Assembly: GCA_033762915.1 (NCBI GenBank)
Contig: JANRLD010000084.1
Span: forward strand, 1 to 64,000
Direction: 5' to 3'
Source of the DNA: Meiothermus sp.
GTDB taxonomy: Bacteria; Deinococcota; Deinococci; Deinococcales; Thermaceae
Length of the DNA stretch: 64,000 nucleotides
This document shows positions 1 to 11,151 of the stretch, one piece after another; the first letter of the stretch is position 1; each line of letters begins with the position of its first letter. Both the position numbers and the translations under genes were made by a program. Under the pieces are notes generated by a model. It had not been told where the DNA came from. It searched no databases and saw only the letters and a program-made list of their open reading frames with translations.

Positions 1-166
1 ACATCAGGTATGCGGTCTCCTGCCAACTATTGAAGTCCTCGAGGCTCATCATCACCACGGCCTTGTCGCCGCCACGGGTGATGATCACGGGGTCGTGGTT
101 CTCGATGGCCTCGTCCATTGTGGCGGCAAGGTTTTGCCGAGCGTGGGTGTAGGTAATGGCCTTCAT
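1..166 (-). CDS. yefM: YefM/Phd family antitoxin (3' end runs off the window)
   Basis: Manual translation MKAITYTHARQNLAATMDEAIENHDPVIITRGGDKAVVMMSLEDFNSWQETAYLM matches the YefM pattern; not in the ORF track. Confidence 0.92.
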   Translation of the reverse strand, partial: MKAITYTHARQNLAATMDEAIENHDPVIITRGGDKAVVMMSLEDFNSWQETAYLM

Positions 167-189
167 ATGTACAGCTTATTGTACATATG
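164..189. promoter_or_regulatory. yefM autoregulatory operator
   Basis: Perfect inverted repeat CATATGTACA-N6-TGTACATATG; TGTACA cores at 168 and 180 (12 bp apart); overlaps a minus-strand TACAAT -10 box. Confidence 0.85.
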
Positions 190-198
190 GAGGATTAG

Positions 199-394
199 CA
201 AGTGGCTCGAGGAGTACACCCGCCTCCCTTCGATGCAGACCTATGCCATCGTGGCCCAGACCCAGCGGCAGGTAGTGCTCTACGAGTGACAGGAAAACGG
301 GTGGTCGTTTCGGGTGCTGCAAGGCGAGGGCGAGTTAGAAATTGCCTGCTTGCAGACTATGCTGACTCTGACGCAGATTTACGGAGAGAAGTAA
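199..394 (+). pseudogene. Uma2/DUF820 endonuclease C-terminal remnant
   Basis: KWLEEYTRLPSMQTYAIVAQTQRQVVLYE*QENGWSFRVLQGEGELEIACLQTMLTLTQIYGEK; in-frame TGA at 287-289; N-terminus missing. Confidence 0.65.
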
Positions 395-427
395 GGCTCG
401 AGCGGTAGGGAAGCGACTCGAGTAAAA

Positions 428-865
428 ATGACAGTTATGTCTCTTCTTGAGCGAATCACCACGCAGATCCGTGAGTTCCTGGACAATCCCGACTCACCTG
501 CTCCACTATTGACGCTGGAAGAGTTTTTTGAGGGCAACAACGACTATGGTTCAATAGGCTGCAACCTCCCAGATCAGCCCTCACCCCAGGAGTTCTACCA
601 ATTGTTTCGGCAGATTCGCTCGCGGGAAGTTGTCCAGAATGTGTTGGTACAAGTGCATAGCCAGGATGACCCCGATTTGTGGCCCTTCTGTGACACCACA
701 TTCTTAGTTACGAGTGCACCCCTAATTGAGGTAGCTTCATGGTTCACCGAAAGGTTCCGCCCAGACAATATTGATGAAGGTTGGCAGGATTGGGAAATGG
801 ACATCAACCGTGCCTCATATGATTTCCCGACCAACGTGCGCCCAGTGGTGCTTTGGTACGACTGA
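428..865 (+). CDS. Hypothetical acidic protein
   Basis: 145-aa ORF, lower GC than its neighbours, GSIGCNL motif, ends WYD. Confidence 0.75.
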   Translation: MTVMSLLERITTQIREFLDNPDSPAPLLTLEEFFEGNNDYGSIGCNLPDQPSPQEFYQLFRQIRSREVVQNVLVQVHSQDDPDLWPFCDTTFLVTSAPLIEVASWFTERFRPDNIDEGWQDWEMDINRASYDFPTNVRPVVLWYD

Positions 866-875
866 AGCGGCCCCT

Positions 876-919
876 TTTACACTCTGTCCATTGCATCTCG
901 GCCAGAGCGGGCCTACGAT
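876..919 (+). promoter_or_regulatory. Promoter with upstream palindromic regulator site
   Basis: TTTACA-CTC-TGTCCA, then TTGCAT-N17-TACGAT. Confidence 0.6.
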
Positions 920-947
920 AGGAGGAATTGTTCTTACAGGAGGTCTC

Positions 948-2288
948 ATGGAACGCTCGAGCAAGGAGATAGTCCAAGAAAACCGCGACTACAGCATGTT
1001 TTCGTGGTCGGTGCAGAGCACCTCGAACCCCATCCACATGACCAAGTCCAAAGGTGTGTGGTTTTGGGACGGCGACGGGAACAAGTGGATCGACTTCAGT
1101 TCCCAGCTCATCAACATCAACGTCGGCCACCAACACCCCAAGGTGCTCGAGGCCATCAAGAAGCAAGTGGATGAGTTGTGCTTCGCCGGCCCCAGCTTCG
1201 CCACCGAGCCACGTGGCGTGCTGGGCAAAAAGCTGGCCGAGGTGACCGGACTGGCCAAGGCCTTTTACACCCTGGGCGGCTCCGAGGCCAACGAAAACGC
1301 CATGAAGATGGCCCGGCTCTTCACCGGGCGCGATAAGATCATCACCCGCTACCGCTCCTATCACGGGGCCACCATGGGCAGCATGACGGCCTCGGGCGAC
1401 CCCAGAAGATGGCCGGTGGAGCCGGGCGTTCCCGGCATCGTGCGGGCCTTCGACCCCTACTGCTACCGCTGCCCCTTCGGCAAGACCGTGGATAGCTGCA
1501 AGCGCGAGTGCGTAAGCCACATCGAGGAGATCATCCAGATGGAGGGGCCGCACACCATCGCGGCCATCCTGGTAGAGGGCATCACCGGCTCCAACGGGGT
1601 GCTGGTTCCGCCCGACGACTACTACCCCAAGCTGCGGGCGCTGTGTGACAAGTACGGCATCCTGCTGATCACCGACGAGGTGATGAGCGGCTTCGGGCGC
1701 ACCGGCAAGTGGCTGGCCTCGCAGCACTACGGCATCAAGCCCGACATCGTAACCGCCGCCAAGGGCCTGACCAGCGGATACATGCCGCTGGGCGCGGTGA
1801 TTGTGAGTGCGCCGATTGCCGAATACTTCGAGAAGAATATGCTCTGGGGCGGCCTCACCTACTCCGGTCATCCCCTCTCCTGCGCCGCTGCCGTCGCCAA
1901 TCTAAACGTTTACGAGGAAGAGCACCTCTTCGAGAACGTGGAGGTTCAGGGGGCCTACCTGGCCTCGAGGCTCGAGGCCATCAAGCGCAAGTATGCCTGT
2001 GTGGGCGACGTGCGCTACAAGGGCCTGTTCAGCATCCTCGAGCTGGTGCGCGACAAAGGCACCAAGGAGGCCCTGGCCCCCTTCAACGGCACCTCGCCCG
2101 AGATGTCCAAACTGGCCGCCCACCTCAAGGCCCGCCACCTGTACACCTTCGTCCGCTTCAACACCGTGATGATCTGTCCCCCGCTGGTAATTAGCAAGGA
2201 AGAGCTGGACTACGGGCTGGCCATCATCGAAGAGGCGCTGGCATTGGTGGACGAGATGCTGGGCGTAGGGACAGTCGCGGCGGACTGA
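948..2288 (+). CDS. Class III PLP aminotransferase (beta-alanine/taurine type)
   Basis: GGSEAN, SYHG, LLITDEVMSGFGRTG and AKGLTSGY motifs; GGAGG before ATG 948. Confidence 0.92.
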   Translation: MERSSKEIVQENRDYSMFSWSVQSTSNPIHMTKSKGVWFWDGDGNKWIDFSSQLININVGHQHPKVLEAIKKQVDELCFAGPSFATEPRGVLGKKLAEVTGLAKAFYTLGGSEANENAMKMARLFTGRDKIITRYRSYHGATMGSMTASGDPRRWPVEPGVPGIVRAFDPYCYRCPFGKTVDSCKRECVSHIEEIIQMEGPHTIAAILVEGITGSNGVLVPPDDYYPKLRALCDKYGILLITDEVMSGFGRTGKWLASQHYGIKPDIVTAAKGLTSGYMPLGAVIVSAPIAEYFEKNMLWGGLTYSGHPLSCAAAVANLNVYEEEHLFENVEVQGAYLASRLEAIKRKYACVGDVRYKGLFSILELVRDKGTKEALAPFNGTSPEMSKLAAHLKARHLYTFVRFNTVMICPPLVISKEELDYGLAIIEEALALVDEMLGVGTVAAD

Positions 2289-2355
2289 GCCCAGGCGTTA
2301 CGCGGGACAAACCTCCACTACCGCTCTGGCAGGATTCCAATTAGGGGTCCTGCCT

Positions 2356-2757
2356 ATGGCTATGGAGTGGAGCAGCGATTACGAGACCGGCGAGCAGCGG
2401 GTGGATGAGCAACACAAAAACCTTTTCGGCGTTGTCAACCGGCTGGAGGCAATGGTGCGGGGAGTGCAGGCGGGCCGCCCGATCCGTGAGGCCGAGGTGG
2501 AGAATTTGCTCATCTTCCTCGAGACCTACGTAAACGTGCACTTCGCCTATGAAGAGCTGTGCATGACTATCCGCCGGTGCCCGGTAGCCCAAAAGAACCG
2601 AGAGGCCCACAACAAGTTCCTCGAGTTCTACCGCGAGTTCAGTCAGACCGTACAGCAGGGTGTGCGTCTGGAAGACCTCGAGGAGCTGCACCGGGTCCTC
2701 CGACTGTGGCTGGGAAGCCACATCTGCAACATCGACGTTCTGCTAAAAAGCGCTTAG
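2356..2757 (+). CDS. Bacteriohemerythrin
   Basis: W...VDEQHK, HFAYEE, EAH and WLGSHICNID iron-ligand pattern. Confidence 0.9.
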   Translation: MAMEWSSDYETGEQRVDEQHKNLFGVVNRLEAMVRGVQAGRPIREAEVENLLIFLETYVNVHFAYEELCMTIRRCPVAQKNREAHNKFLEFYREFSQTVQQGVRLEDLEELHRVLRLWLGSHICNIDVLLKSA

Positions 2758-2946
2758 GGCGGTCTACTTTGCCGCAACTGCACTGGCGGCACTGGAGGGT
2801 AAGCCTGGACGAGGCTTTGAGCGGTTGATCTTTGGGTAACATGCACCTTCCGGCGATTGTAGGAGAAGCCGCACCCCCCACGGGGAGCCAGCTACAGGCA
2901 TAAAGGAAGCGAGGAAAACCCGTCTGCACCGATGATCTAGGCCAAT

Positions 2947-2990
2947 TGGACAGGTTGTCTATTGCGGCGGACATCCGCTAGCCCTACCAT
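2947..2990 (+). promoter_or_regulatory. mmsA promoter with upstream palindromic regulator site
   Basis: TGGACA-GGT-TGTCTA, then TTGCGG-N17-TACCAT. Confidence 0.6.
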
Positions 2991-3060
2991 GAGGTCAACC
3001 TTGGGGCTTTAACGACCCCGAAATTACGCCCGAGCAGCAAACCCCTTAAGGAGAAAAAAC

Positions 3061-4581
3061 ATGGCGATCAAAGAACCCCAAGTCACCATCAAGCGCGTGA
3101 GTCATTGGATAGGCGGGAAGCTGGTCGAGGGCAAGTCTGGGCGCAGCGGAGTGGTATGGAACCCTGCCACCGGACAGCAGCAAGCCAGTGTGGACTTCGC
3201 CTCGGTCGAGGAGATGGACGCGGCGGTAGCGGTAGCCAAGGAGGCCCTAAAGGGTTGGCGCCAGACGCCCCTCTCCCGCAGGGCTGAGATCATGTTTAAG
3301 TTCCGCGACCTGATCGACCAGAACCGCCGCAAGATCGCCGAAATGATCACGATGGAGCACGGCAAGACCATCCCCGACGCGCTGGGCGAGCTGGCCAGGG
3401 GCCTCGAGAACGTCGAGTTCGCCACCGGCATCCCCCATCTCCTCAAGGGCGGCTTTTCCGAGCAGGCCAGCCGGGGCGTGGACGTGTACCAGATCCGCCA
3501 GCCGCTGGGCGTGGTGGCGGGCATCACCCCCTTCAACTTCCCCGCCATGGTGCCGATGTGGATGTTTGCCAACGCCATCGCCTGCGGCAACACCTTCATC
3601 CTTAAGCCCTCCGAGAAAGACCCTTCGGTCTCGCTATACCTGGCCGAACTGCTCCAGCAGGCCGGCCTACCCGACGGCGTGTTCAACGTGGTGCACGGCG
3701 ACAAGGTGGCGGTCGACCGGATACTCGAGCACCCCGACATCAAGGCGGTGAGCTTCGTGGGCTCCACCCCCATCGCCAAGTACATCTACGAGACCGGGAC
3801 CAAAAACGGCAAACGGGTGCAGGCGCTGGGCGGGGCCAAGAACCACATGATCGTGCTGCCCGACGCCGACATCGGCATGGCCGCCGACGCCGCTGTGAGC
3901 GCCGCCTACGGCTCGGCGGGCGAGCGCTGCATGGCGATTTCTCAGATCGTCGCAGTGGGCGACGTCACCGCCGACGAGCTGATCGCCGCCATCAAGGAGC
4001 GCATGCCCAAGATCAAGGTGGGACCGGGCCTCGAGGAGGGCAACGAGATGGGGCCGTTGATCACCCGCGAGCACCGCGACAAGGTGGCCTCCTACGTGGC
4101 CAACGCCCCGGCCGAGGGCGCGACGGTGGTAGTGGATGGTCGGCAAGACCCCATTAGTCAGTCTGAAGGCTTCTTCCTGGGCACCAGCCTGCTCGACAAT
4201 GTGAAGCCCGGCATGAAGTGCTACGACGACGAAATCTTCGGGCCAGTGCTGGGTGTCAGCCGCGTCAAGACCTACGACGATGCCGTGAAGATGGTCAACG
4301 AGCACCCCTACGGCAACGGCACCGCGATTTTTACCAGGGACGGCGGCGCGGCCCGACAGTTCCAGTTCGAGGTAGACGCTGGCATGGTGGGCATCAACGT
4401 GCCCATCCCCGTCCCGGTGGCCTACTACAGCTTCGGCGGCTGGAAGGCCAGCCTGTTCGGAGACCTGCACATGTACGGCCCCGAGGGCGTACAGTTCTAC
4501 ACCCGCGCAAAGGTGGTCACCAGCCGCTGGCCCGACCCCAGCACCTCCAAGGTGGATTTGGGCTTCCCGCAAGTAAGATAG
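3061..4581 (+). CDS. mmsA: CoA-acylating (methyl)malonate-semialdehyde dehydrogenase
   Basis: ITPFNFPAMVPMWM, GGAKNH, AGERCMA, EIFGPV and GMVGINVPIPVP motifs. Confidence 0.95.
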   Translation: MAIKEPQVTIKRVSHWIGGKLVEGKSGRSGVVWNPATGQQQASVDFASVEEMDAAVAVAKEALKGWRQTPLSRRAEIMFKFRDLIDQNRRKIAEMITMEHGKTIPDALGELARGLENVEFATGIPHLLKGGFSEQASRGVDVYQIRQPLGVVAGITPFNFPAMVPMWMFANAIACGNTFILKPSEKDPSVSLYLAELLQQAGLPDGVFNVVHGDKVAVDRILEHPDIKAVSFVGSTPIAKYIYETGTKNGKRVQALGGAKNHMIVLPDADIGMAADAAVSAAYGSAGERCMAISQIVAVGDVTADELIAAIKERMPKIKVGPGLEEGNEMGPLITREHRDKVASYVANAPAEGATVVVDGRQDPISQSEGFFLGTSLLDNVKPGMKCYDDEIFGPVLGVSRVKTYDDAVKMVNEHPYGNGTAIFTRDGGAARQFQFEVDAGMVGINVPIPVPVAYYSFGGWKASLFGDLHMYGPEGVQFYTRAKVVTSRWPDPSTSKVDLGFPQVR

Positions 4582-4658
4582 AATTCTGAATTGTAGATTG
4601 GGAAGCACGTAGGTGAACTAAACACATCTACGTGCTTCGTTTTTTGTACCCTAAGTAC

Positions 4659-5405
4659 ATGGCTTACACAGTTTGCATTTTTTGCCGCTACACAAGGGAG
4701 CGTGCCAATGAACATATTTGGCCAAGATGGCTTCAAATTTTTACTGCAAAGACAGGAAGCTTTATCTTCACGGGTGTCCACACAAATGTTGTAGGGTTCC
4801 CTCTATCTGTCCGTACGCAATCGGGGAAGTCATTGGTATATGGTCGAGTATGTGCTGAATGTAACAATGGTTGGATGAGTACACTTGAAGTAGCCGCTGC
4901 ACCTCACATTAAGGATGTAGCACTCCACAACCGCCGCGGTAGACGATGGGACATTGAGACAAGTGAAATTGTTGCTACTTGGGCATTCAAAACAGCGCTA
5001 ATGATCAATGCTGGTTCAAACTACAGGAAAATTATTCCTGATGTACATTATCGCAATCTATACAACCTTAGGCGGCCCCCAAAGAGTGTACAGGTCTCTG
5101 TTGCGCTTACATCGAGTGATTCACTTGGGCCTCAGTGGATACAAAGTCAAAATTTTATGTTGCTGGGACAAAGGAGTACTGTTGCCCTTAAGCAACGACA
5201 TCAGAAACAGGGGTATGTGGTCGGGATGCGCGTTGGCGATCTCCTATTACGAGTTTCATACTGGCCTGACGTATCAGCAATGCATAATCGAAACAAAAGC
5301 AACTTTCGACATATCTGGGTTTGCAATGACACTGTTAGCTTTGCAGAGATGCAGGATGAGCCTGGGGTTCACTCTGCGAGTTTTAGCTTAGTTCAGTATC
5401 CTTAA
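4659..5405 (+). CDS. Hypothetical HNH-like/Zn-binding protein
   Basis: AT-rich ORF with CxxC...EHIWP...VCAECNNGWMS. Confidence 0.7.
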   Translation: MAYTVCIFCRYTRERANEHIWPRWLQIFTAKTGSFIFTGVHTNVVGFPLSVRTQSGKSLVYGRVCAECNNGWMSTLEVAAAPHIKDVALHNRRGRRWDIETSEIVATWAFKTALMINAGSNYRKIIPDVHYRNLYNLRRPPKSVQVSVALTSSDSLGPQWIQSQNFMLLGQRSTVALKQRHQKQGYVVGMRVGDLLLRVSYWPDVSAMHNRNKSNFRHIWVCNDTVSFAEMQDEPGVHSASFSLVQYP

Positions 5406-5540
5406 GATGGGTTTCTTCCACATCCCAATTAGTGTCACCCACTATCCCAGCGCAATTTAAACGGACCATAAGAAACGGTATGACGAAAATTCCAAAAAGA
5501 ACGCCACCTCGAGATTCATCTGCTTCAGCACAACGTCGCC

Positions 5541-6923
5541 CTATCCATTGCGAGCCAGCGCGGCGGCCAGCAGGGCTTTGGACTTGAGGTTAGGCACGGC
5601 TTCGAAGTTTAGGCCAGTTCGACCGAAGTACTGGTTTTGGTTGGCGGGCAGGGCGGGGAAGCTGGTGGTGGCTACGGTGTAGGTGCGGCCGGCCTCGAGG
5701 TTTACCGGCGTGGTGTACATAAAGTCGCCGCGCAGCTTGGTGAGGTCGCTTTCGGACTGCTTGTTGCTGAGGTTCAGCAGCGCCCGCACACCCTCGGCGT
5801 CCATCTGGGTGCGCACGACGTCGTTCTCGAAGCGCAGAAACTCGTCGAAGCGGTACTTGGGCACCGGCCCAGCGGCCAGGCCCGCCCCAAAGCTGGTGTG
5901 GTTCATGCAGGCTATGTCGGCCCCAGTGGCCCGCCTCAGTTCGCCGGCAGCCCAGAAGGCGGCTTCGGTCACGCTGTAGTCGCGGTCGGCGCGGCCTACT
6001 GGGGCCAGGTCCTCGGGCTGGAGGTGGCGGCGGCGCAGGCTCGAGATCACCCCTGCCAACATGGCCTGTGCCGGAAGGTCGGGGCTTACCGGCAGATCGC
6101 GGCTCTCGAGTTCGGCCCCACCGGCCCCAAACCGCACCGCCACCAGGTTGACAAACTCGCCCTTGAAGCCGTTGTGCTTGTATAGGGTGCGGCCCTGGCG
6201 GACGCTGATGTTCAGGTGGTCGTGCGCGCCCACGACCAGGGTTCCATCTCTGACCCCGCTCAGGATTTCACGGTCGGCCAGCACGCCCGCGTGGGACATT
6301 ACCACCGAGAACGGCGCGTCGCCCGCAAGGGTGGGGTAGATGGCTTTGAAGTAGGAGACCGGCTCAGCGACGGCCAGCGTTGGGCGGATGGCGGCGCGGT
6401 AGGTGTTGAGGGCGTTGACACTGAGGCCTATCACCGGCACTACCCGTTCGCCTACGGTGATGCGGGTGAACGCGGGCGCGAACAACGCACCGCTGCGCCG
6501 GTCCACGATGCTCGAGAGCACCGTCACGCCCAGCGCCCGGGCCCGACGCACGGCGTCGGCCTGATCCATAAAGTCGCCCTCGTGGTTACCCAGGTTTAGA
6601 ATCACCGGGGCTCGAGACCTGAGGGCTTGCAGGAAGGCCCAGTCGGCCAGGCCAAGGCTGCGCAGGGCAACCACGTTTCCCAGCTCGAAGAGATCGCCAT
6701 TCAGGAGTGTCACCAGCGGAACTCCGGCGTACTCGGCCTTCAGGCGGTCGACCAGGGTGAGGATCGCGGGGTAGCGGTCGTAGGCGGAATGCAAATCGGC
6801 CATGTTGACCAGGACCAGGTCGGCCTTGGCGCTCTGGGCACGGGCGAACCTAGGCCCCGCCACCAGCACCGCCGCCAAACCCGCGCCGAGTTTCAGCACC
6901 TGTCGCCTCGAGACTCTGCTCAT
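5541..6923 (-). CDS. Tat-exported metallophosphoesterase/5'-nucleotidase family protein
   Basis: SRRQVLK twin-arginine signal; DLHS, GD, GNHE, SHAG and AHDH motifs. Confidence 0.88.
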   Translation of the reverse strand: MSRVSRRQVLKLGAGLAAVLVAGPRFARAQSAKADLVLVNMADLHSAYDRYPAILTLVDRLKAEYAGVPLVTLLNGDLFELGNVVALRSLGLADWAFLQALRSRAPVILNLGNHEGDFMDQADAVRRARALGVTVLSSIVDRRSGALFAPAFTRITVGERVVPVIGLSVNALNTYRAAIRPTLAVAEPVSYFKAIYPTLAGDAPFSVVMSHAGVLADREILSGVRDGTLVVGAHDHLNISVRQGRTLYKHNGFKGEFVNLVAVRFGAGGAELESRDLPVSPDLPAQAMLAGVISSLRRRHLQPEDLAPVGRADRDYSVTEAAFWAAGELRRATGADIACMNHTSFGAGLAAGPVPKYRFDEFLRFENDVVRTQMDAEGVRALLNLSNKQSESDLTKLRGDFMYTTPVNLEAGRTYTVATTSFPALPANQNQYFGRTGLNFEAVPNLKSKALLAAALARNG

Positions 6924-6989
6924 GGGGAAAGTATAGTCGACGTGCGCTACCGCACCCGGAACACGGCTCCAGCGGTTAGAATCTTGTCA

Positions 6990-7286
6990 ATGATCACCGT
7001 ACTGCTGGTGTTGGCCTGGGTCTTTTCGCTGCTGGGCGCGGGGATGTCGTTCGTGGTGTCGCTGGCGGGCGGGATGAAGGCCATCCCGTCGCTGAGCGTG
7101 GAAGAAGCGGCCGTGGCCTTTCCGCTGCCTATCCTGGCCATCGTCTGCGCAGGGGCAGCCTACGTGATGGGCGCGAGGCTCGAGGCCCCGCCCTCGCTCT
7201 GGCGGGTGCTGCCCCCGGTCGCGATTGCCCTGTTGAGCATTGCTTTCGTGGTGCTGGTGTACCTCGAGCAACCGTCCCGGCGTTAG
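6990..7286 (+). CDS. Small membrane protein
   Basis: Three hydrophobic segments; TAGAAT 7 nt before the ATG. Confidence 0.65.
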   Translation: MITVLLVLAWVFSLLGAGMSFVVSLAGGMKAIPSLSVEEAAVAFPLPILAIVCAGAAYVMGARLEAPPSLWRVLPPVAIALLSIAFVVLVYLEQPSRR

Positions 7287-7383
7287 GCCACAGTGGCCGA
7301 CATCAGCGCCCTGGGTGAGCGCTGATGAAGGTCTGTGTTCTACTTTTGGCGTTTCGTCTCGGCGGCTCTGGCTTCCGACCAGC

Positions 7384-8946
<1,563 letters not shown>

Positions 8947-9363
8947 ATCAGTGGGTATCTTACCCCCAGGGTGTTGCAGGGAATGTCCCTATCTGCAAGT
9001 AAGCATCTGTCCGGAGGCCCGAAGCTGTGGGCCGGAGACCTCGGCGGGCCAAACCGTGGTGGTCGGAGCCTGGCACAAGGCTTGGAGACTTTAGCTCGGT
9101 CAAAGCATCTACACCCCTTCGCGTCTCCCCTTCCCCTTCCCCATCCTGTTCCCCGATTCTCGACTTTCCTGAACCCCACCTTAATCTTTCTACACAAAGC
9201 CTTCAAAGATTTAGCAATACGATGTCTCGGTAGGTTTTGCCTTATTTTGACCGCACAGCCTGCCGGCGGGGGAAGGTTCGGTTGGGCTGTAGGATTTACC
9301 TAAGGCTCTGATGCCAGGGCAGGCGTCGGCTTAGTGTGGTTGTTGTACCCTCGGAGATAGCCC

Positions 9364-10611
9364 ATGCGTGACCTGCTCGTTCAAAGCTTTCAGTGCGCCC
9401 TAAAGGAAACCTACCCGGCCCTGCTGACCAAGGCCCACCTTCCCACCGAGGCTCCGGCCCTGATTGTGGCCGTGGGAAAGGCGGCCCTGACCATGCTCGA
9501 GGCGGCCCGTACCGCTTATCCGGGGATACCTTTCATCGCCGTCCCCAAGGACGAGGGCAAGCCCTTCAGCCGGATCGCCGGAGGCAAGCTGCTGCCCGCG
9601 TCGCACCCGGTGCCCGACCAGCGCAGCGTGCAGGCCGCCGAAAAGGTGCTCGAGGCGCTTTCCGAGCTGTCGACCGAGCAGACTGCCCTGCTGCTGATCT
9701 CGGGCGGGGGCAGCTCGCTCCTAAGCGCGCCGTGGGGGATCACCCTCGAGGAAAAGCAGATCCTCACCCAGTCATTGCTTAACTCCGGGGCCGACATCCA
9801 GGACATGAACGCGGTGCGCAAGCACGTCTCCCGCATCAAGGGCGGAAGGCTGGCCGCAGCCACCAAGGCCCGGGTGCTGGCGCTCTACCTTTCCGACGTA
9901 CCCGGTGACGACCTCGCCACTGTCGCCAGCGGCCCCACCGTCCCCGACCCCTCGACCTTCATGGACGCCATCGGGGTACTGGATCGGTATGGCCTGGACT
10001 TCCCCAAGGTGCGGGCTCACCTCCAGCGTGGCGCCAACGGCAAGCTGCCGGAGTCGCCCAAGCCCGCCGACCGGGTGTTTGGGCGGGTTGAGAACCGCCT
10101 GATCGGCTCCAACCAGGTGCTGCTCGAGGCGGCCAAGCGATTCTGGGAACAGCGGGGCTATCACGCAGTGGTACTCTCCGACCGCTTCCAGGGCGAGGCG
10201 CGGGAGCTGGCCCGATTCCACGCAGGACTGGTGCAAAGCATCCGCGCCAACCACACCCCATTCAAAGCCCCAGTGGTGCTCCTCTCCGGTGGGGAGGCAG
10301 GCGTGACGGTACGAGGGAGCGGGAAGGGTGGGCGCAACCAGGAGTTCACGGCTTGGCTATGCCACTACCTGCGCGACCACGGGGCTTGGGCGCTGGCTGC
10401 CGACTCCGACGGCATCGACGGCAACACCGCGGCGGCGGGGGCGATCCTCGAGCCCGCGACCTGGCGGCGGGCCCAGGCCAGCGGGGTCAACCTGAAGGCC
10501 CACCTCGAGGCCAACGATGCCCACGGCTTCTTCGCCGCGATGGACGGCCTGCTGGTGACCGGGCCAACGGCCAACAATTTGAACGACTTCAGGGCAATCG
10601 TGGTGGAGTGA
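9364..10611 (+). CDS. Glycerate kinase type 2 (MOFRL family)
   Basis: HPVPD, LISGGGS, IKGGRLA, GGRNQE, DGIDG and TGPTANNLND motifs. Confidence 0.92.
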   Translation: MRDLLVQSFQCALKETYPALLTKAHLPTEAPALIVAVGKAALTMLEAARTAYPGIPFIAVPKDEGKPFSRIAGGKLLPASHPVPDQRSVQAAEKVLEALSELSTEQTALLLISGGGSSLLSAPWGITLEEKQILTQSLLNSGADIQDMNAVRKHVSRIKGGRLAAATKARVLALYLSDVPGDDLATVASGPTVPDPSTFMDAIGVLDRYGLDFPKVRAHLQRGANGKLPESPKPADRVFGRVENRLIGSNQVLLEAAKRFWEQRGYHAVVLSDRFQGEARELARFHAGLVQSIRANHTPFKAPVVLLSGGEAGVTVRGSGKGGRNQEFTAWLCHYLRDHGAWALAADSDGIDGNTAAAGAILEPATWRRAQASGVNLKAHLEANDAHGFFAAMDGLLVTGPTANNLNDFRAIVVE

Positions 10612-10683
10612 GGGGTGGGGGTTGGGGCCACTGCGGGTGAACCTGCGCCAGAGGGCATGTAGACTTTTGGCGAGGCTCGAGCC

Positions 10684-11151
10684 ATGCGCGAAACCCCTCC
10701 CGACCGCCCGACCCTTCACCTGCTGGCCCGGGCGGTCATCTTCGTGGAGGGTCAAGTACTGCTGGCGAGGGCCGGGGGGGCGAGGCACACCTTCCTTCCC
10801 GGGGGGCATCTCGAGGCGGGTGAGTCGCTCCCGGTGACCCTCGAGCGACAACTGCTCGAGGAAACCGGCCAGCGCTGCGTGGTGCAGGGCTATCTGGGGG
10901 CCGTAGAACACGCCTTGGAAGAGGGGGGCCGGCGGCACTTCGAGGTGAACCACCTCTTTGTGGCCGCCTTGCCCGACCTCGACGACCCCCACGACCTGCA
11001 TTCCGCCGACCAGCACCTCCAGTTCATCTTCGCCGCGCCGGACGCCCTCGAGCTGCTCCGCCTCGAGCCGAGGCCGGTGATCGGCTGGATTCAGAAACTG
11101 GCCCGGGGCGAGACGCCCCCCACCTGGGCTTCCAGCCTGGAGGCGCGATGA
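10684..11151 (+). CDS. NUDIX hydrolase
   Basis: LPGGHLEAGES...RQLLEETG Nudix box. Confidence 0.85.
   Translation: MRETPPDRPTLHLLARAVIFVEGQVLLARAGGARHTFLPGGHLEAGESLPVTLERQLLEETGQRCVVQGYLGAVEHALEEGGRRHFEVNHLFVAALPDLDDPHDLHSADQHLQFIFAAPDALELLRLEPRPVIGWIQKLARGETPPTWASSLEAR

Noticed and set aside
8947..9363. Long intergenic region as an ncRNA or small ORF
   Set aside because: No recognisable RNA family motif or credible coding signal
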